DNA of 63,648 nt, filler included, from 8 parts of 8 records of this genome joined end to end with filler, not necessarily neighbours in it; one strand, 5' to 3'. Shown: positions 20,047 to 30,680, counted from the whole stretch's first letter. Notes: generated by a model not told the origin, from the letters alone. Translations and numbers: made by a program.

Positions 20047-20067
20047 GGCGAGGATAATGCAAGAATT

Positions 20068-20167
20068 NNNNNNNNNNNNNNNNNNNNNNNNNNNNNNNNN
20101 NNNNNNNNNNNTTAATTAATTAANNNNNNNNNNNNNNNNNNNNNNNNNNNNNNNNNNNNNNNNNNNN
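20068..20167. other. Artificial contig linker
   Basis: 44 N + TTAATTAATTAA + 44 N. Confidence 0.98.
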
Positions 20168-20233
20168 TGATCGTGCGCAGAGGTAAGCGCAGACTCCAGG
20201 TAAGAGCAGACTCCGTGGGGTGCTGCTATACAG

Positions 20234-20479
20234 TTACGGTTTACGAACAAAATCAGACAGCTTAGGAGGGGTAACACAAAAGCCGCTCATGCAGTCACCA
20301 ATGGAATTTATCTCGGCATCTTCCAGATCTACCAGCGCCAGCACCACCGCTTCCAGGGTAGCTCCCGCAAATTCACCCTCTCGAGAAAACCAACCTTGAT
20401 TGTCGGTATAAGCAAAGTGCTGTTCGACGTATGCCTGCTGTTCTTCGTGTGTTTTATCAATAAACTTACCGGAGTACAT
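20234..20479 (-). CDS. Hypothetical protein (81 aa)
   Basis: AAGGTG upstream of ATG; plausible protein composition. Confidence 0.5.
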   Translation of the reverse strand: MYSGKFIDKTHEEQQAYVEQHFAYTDNQGWFSREGEFAGATLEAVVLALVDLEDAEINSIGDCMSGFCVTPPKLSDFVRKP

Positions 20480-20675
20480 GAAACACCTTTCAGCATAGGA
20501 AAAATTAACAGTAAATCATTATCGCATTCGACATTGTATTGCCCATCAGGTTCTGTGCAACATTACTATTCCAGGAACCGCCGCAGATTCCCGGAATAAT
20601 AGGTAGTTTTTTACAGCTTCCCCGGCTTGCTTGTCCCGACAAACCATATCTCAGGTAGGCCCACCAATAACAGCC

Positions 20676-22046
20676 TCAGGACTGTAAACGATAGCAGGGT
20701 GAATAAGAGGTCGTTGCCAGCTTCATCCTTCCGGCATCAATAAAATCGGAAAGCAATTGATCCAGGGGATCCATGATCTCGCAATCCCCCTGCAACTCAA
20801 ATAATCCCTTTTCCTCAATGGACCTGATTCCTGCATCTTTCACATTTCCGGCCACAATCCCCGAAAAAGCCTTTCTTAAATTAACAGCCAACTGATATTT
20901 CTTCTGATCCATGGAAAGGTTGAGTCGGCTCATGCTTTCATGGGTAGGCACAAATGGGCTTTGGAAATTGTGATCAATATGCAGTAACCAATTGTAATAG
21001 TAGGCGTCATCATTGAGTTTACGAAATTGGCGTACCCGCTCAATTCCATCTTTCACACTAAGGGCAACCTTTTCCGGATCATCAATGATTATTGTATATC
21101 TTTCCTGAGCCTCTGGTCCCAGAGTGGCCCCAATAAATGCATCAATCTGTTCAAAATATGGAGCAGCACTTTCTGGTCCAGAGAAAATAACAGGAAACGG
21201 TAGATGCATATTCTGCGGTGCCATCAGAATACCTAAGAGGTACAAAATTTCTTCTGCAGTACCAACACCTCCGGGAAAAACAATTATCGCATGCCCAGTG
21301 CGTACAAATGCCTCCAGCCGTTTTTCGATATCCGGCATAATCACAAGTGCGTTCACAATGGGGTTAGGTGATTCAGCGGCAATAATGCCGGGTTCGGTAA
21401 TACCGAGATACTGTCCAGTGTAATTGCGCTGTTTTGCATGGCCGATTGCAGCTCCCTTCATCGGCCCTTTCATTGCCCCTGGTCCGCATCCGGTACAAAT
21501 ATCCATACCACGGAGGCCCAGTTGATACCCTACTTCCTTGGTGTAATCATATTCATTTTCAGGGATGGAGTGACCACCCCAGCAGACAACAAGACGCGGA
21601 TTGGTGCGCGGCCGCATAATATTAGCGTTTCTAAGAATATGAAAAACGGCATTGGTAATATCGCCGGAAGCATTGAGATCAAACTTAGGATTGGTGTTGA
21701 TCTCATCATCTACATAGATAATGTCGCGGAGCACGGCAAACAGATGCTCTCTAATGCCTCTGATCAACTCACCGTCTACAAATGCATTTTCGGGTGCATT
21801 GAGCAGGTTAAGCTTTATGCCCCGTTCTTCCTGGATAACACTGATGTCAAAACTGCTGAAGCGCTCAAGCAGCTCTTTCCCATCATCAAGATATTCACCG
21901 TAATTCAGTACAGCTAGCGAACAACTACGAAAAAGAGGGTAAAGGTCCCCCCTGCTGGTATCGAGCAGTTTACTGATTTCTAACCGCGATAATACATCCA
22001 GATGCCCGTTTGGGGAAATGCAGGCATCCATTACAGACTGACTCAT
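20676..22046 (-). CDS. ppnN: Nucleotide 5'-monophosphate nucleosidase PpnN (YgdH, LOG family)
   Basis: ISPNGHLDVLS..LFRSCSLAVLN N-terminus, VVCWGGHSI, TGCGPGAMKGPMKGA, PGGVGTAEE; 456 aa. Confidence 0.93.
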   Translation of the reverse strand: MSQSVMDACISPNGHLDVLSRLEISKLLDTSRGDLYPLFRSCSLAVLNYGEYLDDGKELLERFSSFDISVIQEERGIKLNLLNAPENAFVDGELIRGIREHLFAVLRDIIYVDDEINTNPKFDLNASGDITNAVFHILRNANIMRPRTNPRLVVCWGGHSIPENEYDYTKEVGYQLGLRGMDICTGCGPGAMKGPMKGAAIGHAKQRNYTGQYLGITEPGIIAAESPNPIVNALVIMPDIEKRLEAFVRTGHAIIVFPGGVGTAEEILYLLGILMAPQNMHLPFPVIFSGPESAAPYFEQIDAFIGATLGPEAQERYTIIIDDPEKVALSVKDGIERVRQFRKLNDDAYYYNWLLHIDHNFQSPFVPTHESMSRLNLSMDQKKYQLAVNLRKAFSGIVAGNVKDAGIRSIEEKGLFELQGDCEIMDPLDQLLSDFIDAGRMKLATTSYSPCYRLQS

Positions 22047-22689
22047 AAATTTTCCTACTTAATAAATTTGGTGTGTCTAAAAGCAACAATGCTCTTTTGG
22101 GGAATTTCCTTTCCATCAGTGTCAACAGAACCTCGAAGTTCATCTTATCACAAAGATTTGAAGGAAAAAGAAATTTTCCAGCAAATGCCTCATCCTGGCT
22201 CCAATATTCTTGATCCTGGAGCTATTGCATAGCATACCGTGACCCGGTTGTTGTCACCTTACAAAAGCTCTATTTTCATATCAAAAAAATCCAATGAGGC
22301 TTTGGTTAGGGTGTTCGCTTCCTCTAGGTGCAATGGCACTCTGTTCTTGTTGTCACAGTTTGTCCATTTTCTGAACACCTAAGCCAAAAAACAAAACCGA
22401 CTAAAATTTTTAATTGTTGGGACACAAGGGGTTTCTGAGAGTTACAAAAAACACCTTGATTATGGGAGTTTCAATGTTGTAATTGATTACTAGTACATAA
22501 AAAAAATGCAACCAACCCAATACCAACAGAAACAAACCGAAAATAACCACAAAGAACATCTCAGACAAAAAGAAAGACTCAATTTCAAACGGCTCTCTGA
22601 GCTGAAGCGTTGCTTCTTAACCTGACATTTCTGTCCATTCATGAATGTGGATTTGTACAGCCCACATCAATCGTAAGAGGATTTTCTGC

Positions 22690-24942
22690 ATGAAAGAACT
22701 CGTTACTTGTTCCAAAATAGCTCCTTATCAAGCGTCTCTCTTCGTAGCTATGGTATTGGCCGTCACCAGCTTCACCGACCGTGCAGTAGCAGTAAATTAT
22801 GAATACGATGCTCAACATCAGTTAGTACGAGTCATCTATGACAATGGTGCGTACCTAAATTACACATATGACCTCAATGGTAACCGTGTACAAATGATCA
22901 CCAGTGGCGCTGTTCGTGCAACCTATGAAAACGGGGAACACATGACCACCAAGGGCTGGGACATTTATGACAAAGATCCTGTCGGGGCTTCCATAGCCAA
23001 CATATTTGATGAGGAGAGTGGCAGCAGAGTCATTGAGTTTACAGGCAATACAACTAAGAATGGATATAGACTCAGAAAGGCAGACAGCACTAACTGGAAT
23101 GAGCAAAACTTTAAAGTGCTTGAGTGGAACATACGATATTCGGAAAACTTTATTATCTACATTGCAGTACAGACCACCGACGGCTTTCGTTACCTTTACT
23201 ATACCACTGCTGAAGAAGATAAACTTGGAGAGAGCACCTATATCCATCACGGACTTGGCCCTTCCTTCAAAGACGATAACTGGCACTCTGTTATCCGTCA
23301 CCTTGAGTATGATCTAAAAGAGGCTCAACCAGATAATACCCTCATATCCATTGACGCTTTTCTTATACGCGGCAGCGGCAGAGTCGATGATATCAAAGCA
23401 CACAATTTTATTCCAGAATCCCTGGACTCTGACCAAGATGGTATCTCTGATCTGGAAGAAATTAACACCTACACTACGCATCCCTACCATGCCGACTCAG
23501 ATAATGACGGCCTCACTGATTTTGAAGAACTCACCTACTGGGGAATCAACTGGAACAGCGATCCGGATGGCGATTCATTAAGCAACCTCCTCGATCCTGA
23601 TGCTGATAACGATGGAGTTAAAGACAGTTTTGAAGTGCAGGCAGGAACTGACCCTGCTGACAGAGAATCACTTCCCCAGGCAATTACCCTTGAAGATGCT
23701 GAAGACCACAATGCCATGGGTTGGCAGATTTATGATGACACCCCTATCGGCGCTCTTATCAACAATGTATTTGATGAACAAAAAGAAAGCCAGGTCATTG
23801 AATGCATTGGCAGCCAAACAAAAAATGGCTACCGACTGAGAAATCAAGACGGCAGCGATTGGGATATTAATTACTTCAAGGTGCTTGAGTGGAGCATGCG
23901 ATATACTGAAAACTTTATCATCTACGTTGCAGCTCAGACCACCGGGGGCTTTCGCTACCTCTACTACACTACGTCAGATGAGGATAAACTGGGAGACGGG
24001 ACCTACGTTCATCACGGGCTGGGTAAATCCTTCAAAGATGGTAATTGGCAGACCGTTATCCGAGATCTGGAGTTTGACCTAAAAGAAGCGCAGCCAGACA
24101 ATGAACTCATCGCCATAGACGCTTTTCTCATTCGCGGAAGCGGCAGAGTTGATGATATAAAAGCATACCATTCCATTCCAGCTCTCCAGGATTCAGACCA
24201 TGACGGGATTTCAGACCAGGATGAAATTACCACATACACAACTCACCCCTACCATAACGATTCAGACAATGACGGCCTTACAGACTCTGAAGAACTTACC
24301 TACTGGGGAACTAACTGGAACGATGATCACGACGGAGACTTCCTGATAAACATTCTCGACCCAGATGCTGATAACGATGGAATTAGCGACTATTTTGAAG
24401 TGCAAGCTGGAACTGATCCGGCTGATGCAGAGTCAAGTCCACAAGCTATTACCTTTGAGGATGGCGAAGACACAGATCTCAAAGGCTGGCAGGTTTATGA
24501 CAACAATCCTGAAGGTGCTGCCATCACCAATGTATTTGACGAACAAAAAGAAAGCCAAGTCATTGAGTTTAACAGTAATGGAACAAAAAATGGGTTCCGG
24601 CTCAAAAATGAAAACGACAACTACTGGGACAATCAGAGCTTCCCTGTACTTGAATGGAAAATGCGCTACACCGAAAATTTCGTCATCTACTTTGCCGCCC
24701 AAACTACTTATGGATTCAGATATCTTTACTACACTCCTGCTACGGAAGATAAACTGGGGGACACTACCTATATCCATCATGGGTTGGGTAGTTCCATACT
24801 TGACGGTAACTGGCACACGGTGAACCGCGATCTGGAATATGACCTGAAAGAGGCACAACCCGACAATGATCTTCTCTCCATTGATGCCTTTCTCATCCGT
24901 GGCAGCGGCAGGATCGATGACATCAAGGCATATCGTAAGTGA
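22690..24942 (+). CDS. Secreted protein: short YD repeat, three copies of a ~165-aa beta-rich domain, and two TSP3-like DxDxDG Ca-binding linkers
   Basis: AAGAGG RBS before ATG 22690; signal peptide ..DRAVA; YEYDAQHQLVRVIYDNGAYLNYTYDLNGNR; internal repeats. Confidence 0.85.
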   Translation: MKELVTCSKIAPYQASLFVAMVLAVTSFTDRAVAVNYEYDAQHQLVRVIYDNGAYLNYTYDLNGNRVQMITSGAVRATYENGEHMTTKGWDIYDKDPVGASIANIFDEESGSRVIEFTGNTTKNGYRLRKADSTNWNEQNFKVLEWNIRYSENFIIYIAVQTTDGFRYLYYTTAEEDKLGESTYIHHGLGPSFKDDNWHSVIRHLEYDLKEAQPDNTLISIDAFLIRGSGRVDDIKAHNFIPESLDSDQDGISDLEEINTYTTHPYHADSDNDGLTDFEELTYWGINWNSDPDGDSLSNLLDPDADNDGVKDSFEVQAGTDPADRESLPQAITLEDAEDHNAMGWQIYDDTPIGALINNVFDEQKESQVIECIGSQTKNGYRLRNQDGSDWDINYFKVLEWSMRYTENFIIYVAAQTTGGFRYLYYTTSDEDKLGDGTYVHHGLGKSFKDGNWQTVIRDLEFDLKEAQPDNELIAIDAFLIRGSGRVDDIKAYHSIPALQDSDHDGISDQDEITTYTTHPYHNDSDNDGLTDSEELTYWGTNWNDDHDGDFLINILDPDADNDGISDYFEVQAGTDPADAESSPQAITFEDGEDTDLKGWQVYDNNPEGAAITNVFDEQKESQVIEFNSNGTKNGFRLKNENDNYWDNQSFPVLEWKMRYTENFVIYFAAQTTYGFRYLYYTPATEDKLGDTTYIHHGLGSSILDGNWHTVNRDLEYDLKEAQPDNDLLSIDAFLIRGSGRIDDIKAYRK
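22920..24939 (+). repeat. Intragenic tandem repeat, period 765 nt (255 aa), about 2.6 copies
   Basis: GSGR(V/I)DDIKA codons at 23371, 24136 and 24901. Confidence 0.9.
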
Positions 24943-25038
24943 AGACTCGATGTTACGTATCTTTGATTCAGATACATCCCTTTCATCCGACAAAAAGCTT
25001 ATCAGCGCCCATCGGTAACTTTAACACACTTAACCAGC

Positions 25039-25707
25039 ATGAATAAACATATAATGACGTCCATCAAAACCTTGACAATCACAGGCATGCTTATCCTAAC
25101 CACTCTCACACAAAATACTTACGCCGATTGCAGTTGTACCATTGGGAGCAATTACATTTCCGTGATTGGCATGGAGTTCTCAGCAGTATCATGCCCACCG
25201 GAAGGTTTATCCCATACAAACACGACCACAAGTATCAGGTACCTGAGTGATCCTATCAAATGCGCTGGTTCTTCTCCCTATAAAATTACTTCATACGGTG
25301 ACACTGACCTGCCCCCAGCCCTCATAATCAGCTATTACCAAGGGCAAGGCTACAAGATACTCACTAATCCAAGCGGGACGCATATAATCGCTGTGCATAA
25401 AAATTTCAGAGGAAAAATGGCGGGGAAAGCTGTAACCGCTATTTCCCTAGACAAGGCGTATGTCAGTGAGGATCTCAATCAATACTGTACCAGTCCCAAC
25501 CAGTTAGCAGACGCAGACAGCGATGGGTTTCCCGACTGCCTGGACTGTTCTGCGGATGATCCTGAACAATCTATCAACTGCCCGACCTGTACCGCAGAGC
25601 ATGCTGCATTGATAAAAACATGTGCAGGTGAAGACAAAATAGCTGCATTTGATAACGACGCCTGCAGCGGCTACTGCAAAAGCAACGGCGCTCCTGTCTG
25701 TCGTTAG
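25039..25707 (+). CDS. Secreted cysteine-rich protein (222 aa)
   Basis: Signal peptide ..QNTYA; about 13 Cys; DADSDGFPDC motif; ends KSNGAPVCR. Confidence 0.75.
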   Translation: MNKHIMTSIKTLTITGMLILTTLTQNTYADCSCTIGSNYISVIGMEFSAVSCPPEGLSHTNTTTSIRYLSDPIKCAGSSPYKITSYGDTDLPPALIISYYQGQGYKILTNPSGTHIIAVHKNFRGKMAGKAVTAISLDKAYVSEDLNQYCTSPNQLADADSDGFPDCLDCSADDPEQSINCPTCTAEHAALIKTCAGEDKIAAFDNDACSGYCKSNGAPVCR

Positions 25708-25769
25708 CCAGCTGTTACACCTTAGGCTGTAGATTATGTAACCAAAACCTCAACATCCTACAACTGACT

Positions 25770-28700
25770 ATGAATACATTGGCTACTGTAAAAAACTGTT
25801 GCCCCGCTCTTCTCTTAGCTGTACTGAGCCTCTTCTCTGCGCTGCCTGCAAGCGGATCCCCCCTGCCGTATCTTTTCACTCACCAAGTCAACTTTGGCAC
25901 CGGAAACAAATACCATCAGGAACGTGACATAACGCTCACAGGACCGGGGCTTCCCCTTTCCTTTAAACGTACCTATAACAGCCAGAGCACTGAAGATTCT
26001 GCCATGGGGTATGGTTGGTCTGCCAATATTACAGAACAACTCATTATTACAGCTGAGACCATACACCTCCTTCAAGCTGACGGGCGGATGGTATTTTTCA
26101 CGGACCTGGGAGAAACAAAATGGGTATCGGTAAACGGTAAAGAACGAATAATAACCAAGAAAAACGATGGCTACCAGTTGCAGGAGCCAAATGGCTACCT
26201 GAAAAATTATAACAACAGTGGTCATTTGACGAGCGTCACCGATACCAATAATAACACTTTAACCAACTCCTATTCCGACAGTAAGTTGGTCTCAATAACC
26301 ACCAATTACGGACAAACCCTTTCCTTTACCTATACAGGAGAAAAACTGAGTTCAGTTCTGGCTCCTACCGGTACGTTTTCCTACACCTACGATGCCAACG
26401 ACAATCTCATAGCAGTTTCAAAGCCTGATGGATCGTCCATCCACTACATCTACGACGATCCCAATGATGTACACAACCTGACAGGCCGATTAGATGAAGA
26501 AGGCAGACGCAATATCACTGTATCGTATGATGCAGAGGACAGAGTGGTAAATGCTGCTCTCATGGGTGGGCTCAAGTCGGTAAGTATTCATTACAACACT
26601 CCTTGGGAAAGAACGGTAACAGACAGCCTGGGCAACCTTACCACCTACGCATTAAAAGCTCATAACGGCGAGGTCATAATTGATCATTTCACTGGTCCCG
26701 GCTGTTCATCATGCGGTTCATCCGCCGATACAGCTTATACCTTTAACAATCGCCTCCAGGTCAGTACCGCAACTGACGCAAATGGCGTCAGTACAGGGTA
26801 CTCATATGATGAACAAGGAAATATACTTACAAAAACTGTCGCCCAGGGTACTCAGGTAGAAAGAAAAACAACCCGAACCTATACTGTTGCTAACAAGATC
26901 AACAGCATTTCTGAACCTTCAATTGCCAATCCCGGCGCACAAAAAACGACCACATTTATTTATGATCCCCAGCAGAACCTAACGAGCAAAACAGAAAGCG
27001 GCTACTCCGGCTTAAATCCGATTTCCAAGACCACCACCTTTTCTTATAACAACTATGGCCAGCTCATTGCTGTTGATGGGCCAAGAACCGATACCAATGA
27101 TACGATCACCTCAAGTTACTACCCGAATGAGCAAGAACAGGGTAACAACCGAGGAGAATTGCACACTCTAACCAATAGCCAGGGCCATACCATTACCTAT
27201 GGTGACTACACCGTATTTGGTACTCCAGCGACGATCACCGACGCTAACGGGATCGTTACCACCCGCACCTACGACATAAACAATCGCCTTCTTGAAATTA
27301 CCACCAATGGGCGAACTACCAGCTACAACTACAATGCAGCAGGTGATATCACCATCATTGATCTCCCAGGAAACCACACCATTACCTACTCTTATGCCCC
27401 AACAGGGTTACTCGAAAAAATCACCGACCAAGGCGGCAACAGCATCCGTTACACCTACAATAGCGAAGGGAAAAAAATTGGGGAACAGATACATGACCTG
27501 GACGGGAATGTAACCAAATACTCAGCATTCGAGTACAACGACGCTGGAAAACTCAGCAAAATACTCCTCCCCGGACCTGCTGAACAATCAGCGGCCTATG
27601 ACATAGCGGGAAATATGGTGGAAACCATAAATGCCACTGGGCTCCATACTACAATGGAATACGATCCACTTAACAGGCTAATGAGCGTGGCTAAAGCCGG
27701 AGCAAACGCTGGTTATATATACGATCAAGCTGACAATCTCACTCAATTCACCGACCCCAAAGGCCACATCACAACCTTTACCTATGACGATTTTGGCAGA
27801 AAAATAAGCCGCACAACTCCTGACACTGGAATTATATATTATAGCTATGACAATGCTGACAACCTCACCAATTCGATTGATGCGCTGGGAAGATCCATTG
27901 ACTACAGTTATGATAGCTTTAACAGACCAACCCAAAGAATATATGACAGCATTCTTGAAACATACACTTACGATACAGCCACAAACGGCATTGGTCACCT
28001 TGCAGCAATAACAGATGAACACGGTACCCGATCCCTGCAGTACAACAGCTCAGGTCAACACACCACAGATTCCCGCTCAATCAACGGTACATCATTCACC
28101 ACCTCATACCATTGGAATAATGAAACAGGTGAACTCAGTGCCCTCACCTATCCCAGTGGTATGGTAGTGGAATACAATAGAAATGATAAAGGCCAGGTAG
28201 AATCTCTTACTGTCGATGGCCATACCATTGTAGACGCTGTAACACATATGCCATTCGGGCCACTGAAAAGTGCTACCTTGGGATCGACAAATCTTGATCG
28301 AAACTTTGACCAACGCTACAACATGACTTCCATCACAGCCGGTTTAATGCAATACACCTATATCCGCGACGCAGAAGGGCACATTATAGGTATAGATAAT
28401 GTGCCAACGCCTACAGTTCCATCAGATTCCACAACCTACAACTATAAGGAAGGAACAAATCAAGTTAACAGCCAAACAGGCAACTCACCCAAAACCTATA
28501 TTCATGATTCGGTCGGCAATATTATTTCAGATGGCACCTTCGACTTTACCTTTGACGCCCTCAACAGACTAACCGAGGTAAAACAAGGAGAAACCATCAT
28601 TGCCAGGTATGGGTATGACACAGAAAATAGAAGAATCTATAAAACAGCGGTTAGTGAAACTATACTTTACCACTACGACATAAACGGCCTGCTTATAGCT

Positions 28701-29423
28701 GAAACAGGTTCGGATGGGACTCCGTTACGAGAATACATCTACCTCGACAATGAGCCTATTGCACTCAACGAGTATGAAAATAATCCTGGCACCTATTACT
28801 ATCTCAACGATCACCTTGGAACTCCCCAGCAATTGATAAATGATACGGGTTCTGTTATGTGGCAGGCAAAGTACCTACCGTTTGGAAAAGCTCAGGTCAG
28901 CATAGAGTCTATTACCAACAATATCCGTTTTCCGGGCCAATATTACGATAGTGAGACAGGGTTGCATTATAACTGGAATCGGTACTATGATCCGAGTACC
29001 GGAAGGTATATCTCAGCTGATCCGGTTGGAATACTTCCTCATGGACCGGAAGGAGGACTGAATCACTTGTATACTTATGTCGGTGGCGATCCTATCAATT
29101 GGTATGACCCCGAAGGACTTTGGAAGTGGGGCTTTGGAGGAGTGTTCGGTCCTGCTAATGTTGGTTGGCATTCAGATGAACCGACTATGACTCAGTTCTC
29201 ATTTTTGACTGATCTTGAAATCGGAGGAGGATTTTTCATATGTTTTGATAATCCGTTCTTAGATGAGTGTGAAGATCCAAAGAGAATGCCATTTGATATT
29301 AATATCGGAACGGGCCAATACACCGGTATTTCGTCAGATGGACAGACAATGTGTGTCAAGATAGGCCTGTCGGCTGGATTCACTCCAATTGATATATCTT
29401 CTAAGCCAATGCCAAGGAATTAA
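25770..29423 (+). CDS. RHS repeat protein with signal peptide, DUF6531-like N-domain, RHS core and 100-aa C-terminal tip
   Basis: Hydrophobic leader; VNFGTGNKY..LSFKRTYNS..GYGWS; YD repeats; [40 protein letters not shown]. Confidence 0.93.
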   Translation: MNTLATVKNCCPALLLAVLSLFSALPASGSPLPYLFTHQVNFGTGNKYHQERDITLTGPGLPLSFKRTYNSQSTEDSAMGYGWSANITEQLIITAETIHLLQADGRMVFFTDLGETKWVSVNGKERIITKKNDGYQLQEPNGYLKNYNNSGHLTSVTDTNNNTLTNSYSDSKLVSITTNYGQTLSFTYTGEKLSSVLAPTGTFSYTYDANDNLIAVSKPDGSSIHYIYDDPNDVHNLTGRLDEEGRRNITVSYDAEDRVVNAALMGGLKSVSIHYNTPWERTVTDSLGNLTTYALKAHNGEVIIDHFTGPGCSSCGSSADTAYTFNNRLQVSTATDANGVSTGYSYDEQGNILTKTVAQGTQVERKTTRTYTVANKINSISEPSIANPGAQKTTTFIYDPQQNLTSKTESGYSGLNPISKTTTFSYNNYGQLIAVDGPRTDTNDTITSSYYPNEQEQGNNRGELHTLTNSQGHTITYGDYTVFGTPATITDANGIVTTRTYDINNRLLEITTNGRTTSYNYNAAGDITIIDLPGNHTITYSYAPTGLLEKITDQGGNSIRYTYNSEGKKIGEQIHDLDGNVTKYSAFEYNDAGKLSKILLPGPAEQSAAYDIAGNMVETINATGLHTTMEYDPLNRLMSVAKAGANAGYIYDQADNLTQFTDPKGHITTFTYDDFGRKISRTTPDTGIIYYSYDNADNLTNSIDALGRSIDYSYDSFNRPTQRIYDSILETYTYDTATNGIGHLAAITDEHGTRSLQYNSSGQHTTDSRSINGTSFTTSYHWNNETGELSALTYPSGMVVEYNRNDKGQVESLTVDGHTIVDAVTHMPFGPLKSATLGSTNLDRNFDQRYNMTSITAGLMQYTYIRDAEGHIIGIDNVPTPTVPSDSTTYNYKEGTNQVNSQTGNSPKTYIHDSVGNIISDGTFDFTFDALNRLTEVKQGETIIARYGYDTENRRIYKTAVSETILYHYDINGLLIAETGSDGTPLREYIYLDNEPIALNEYENNPGTYYYLNDHLGTPQQLINDTGSVMWQAKYLPFGKAQVSIESITNNIRFPGQYYDSETGLHYNWNRYYDPSTGRYISADPVGILPHGPEGGLNHLYTYVGGDPINWYDPEGLWKWGFGGVFGPANVGWHSDEPTMTQFSFLTDLEIGGGFFICFDNPFLDECEDPKRMPFDINIGTGQYTGISSDGQTMCVKIGLSAGFTPIDISSKPMPRN

Positions 29424-29425
29424 GA

Positions 29426-29629
29426 ATGAATGAACTGTTTGCTGTTATCTCAGGCATAATTTCTGGTGGTTGTTTATTCATAATCGCCGTACGATCAGGG
29501 ATGCCATTGTTTGGGTCAGTTATTTCAAAGGAAGCAAAGAAGAAACTAGACCCACTAGATAAAATACTAGCTTTAGTAGCACTGGTATTCTTTTGTATTT
29601 GCATGATGCTAGTCGTAATGACGTACTAG
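29426..29629 (+). CDS. Small 2-TM protein, putative cognate immunity protein
   Basis: Starts 2 nt after the RHS stop; two hydrophobic helices. Confidence 0.7.
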   Translation: MNELFAVISGIISGGCLFIIAVRSGMPLFGSVISKEAKKKLDPLDKILALVALVFFCICMMLVVMTY

Positions 29630-29745
29630 TTGCTATCGCTAATGATGTCGCGTAATCTCCGGTCTGGAATATCTAAGCAGGAGAGTGTTCTTTGACATAA
29701 CCTCCTCTTGAAGAAAAACAGCTCTTTAGGGGGAGAAGGCGTATC

Positions 29746-30390
29746 GTGATATTGCCGGGCCAATATTACGATAGTGAGACTGGGTTGCATTACAACTGGC
29801 ATCGCTACTACGACCCGAACACTGGAAGATATATAAGCGCTGACCCAATAGGACTTCAAGGTAGAATGAATTTGTATGCTTATGTAGGTGGTAACCCAAT
29901 TAACAGAATCGATCCAATGGGACTTATGTATTATCCAGATGTGGTTGGTGATACAAATATTGGTTTCGCTCAAGATTACATTGATGGAAGTACTATCGGC
30001 GGCGGTGTCGGTGGTGGGGTGCATTTATGGGGAGCAGGTGTGTATGGACACCAGCATGTCCAATGTGGTGCTGGAGGGTGTTACTCAGTAACTACTGTCT
30101 GCGGAAGAATCGGACCAGGAATGTATATTGGTGGTGGGACTGAAGGCGCTGGAACCATAGGCCCACAATCAGATGATATTAATCAAGAATGCGAAGAGAA
30201 ATCTTGTACTGAAACTTGGTCAGTTGGGCTTGGTGGAGATATCGCTGTCGGTAACGAAGGTGGAGGTGTTTCCGGCGGGGTTGGGCCTTCTGGATTATCT
30301 GCTGGAGGAAGTTTCAGATCGCCTGTAAGTGCTGGGTTCGGAGCTTCTGCTGGTGTAGATGTATGTTATATCAAATCTTGTCCACTATAA
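29746..30390 (+). CDS. Orphan RHS cassette: core fragment plus Gly/Cys-rich alternative C-terminal tip
   Basis: [32 protein letters not shown] then 154 aa; 26 nt (29755-29780) identical to 28932-28957 of the main RHS gene. Confidence 0.85.
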   Translation: MILPGQYYDSETGLHYNWHRYYDPNTGRYISADPIGLQGRMNLYAYVGGNPINRIDPMGLMYYPDVVGDTNIGFAQDYIDGSTIGGGVGGGVHLWGAGVYGHQHVQCGAGGCYSVTTVCGRIGPGMYIGGGTEGAGTIGPQSDDINQECEEKSCTETWSVGLGGDIAVGNEGGGVSGGVGPSGLSAGGSFRSPVSAGFGASAGVDVCYIKSCPL

Positions 30391-30404
30391 CTGGAAGCAA
30401 GTAA

Positions 30405-30680
30405 ATGAAAGAAAAAAAGATATGTAGCTTTTTAGAAGGGAAAGCGCTTTGGCTTGTTTTGTTTGGTGTTTTTATTCTATTCGTTTTGATAAAGGCACCT
30501 TCAATATGGATTGCATTAAGTATACTGGCACACTTAGTACTATATGGAGCGCTAGTTATTTGCAGATTGCTTGGGCATGCAACAACTAATATGAGACAGA
30601 GCTTTAATATTTTTTCTTTAGTGGCCGTTGTATTTGGGATTATCGTGATAGGTAATTTCATCATCCGACATTCTAATTAA
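30405..30680 (+). CDS. Small 3-TM protein, putative immunity protein for the orphan tip
   Basis: Starts 14 nt after the orphan stop; highly hydrophobic. Confidence 0.7.
   Translation: MKEKKICSFLEGKALWLVLFGVFILFVLIKAPSIWIALSILAHLVLYGALVICRLLGHATTNMRQSFNIFSLVAVVFGIIVIGNFIIRHSN

Noticed and set aside
20181-20214. 17-nt tandem duplication aggtaag(c/a)gcagactcc
   Set aside because: Only two adjacent copies, no spacer, at a contig edge; not CRISPR.
22920-24939. Long direct repeats as a possible DGR template/variable pair or CRISPR array
   Set aside because: In-frame protein domain repeats with general divergence, not adenine-specific; no reverse transcriptase or cas genes in the window.
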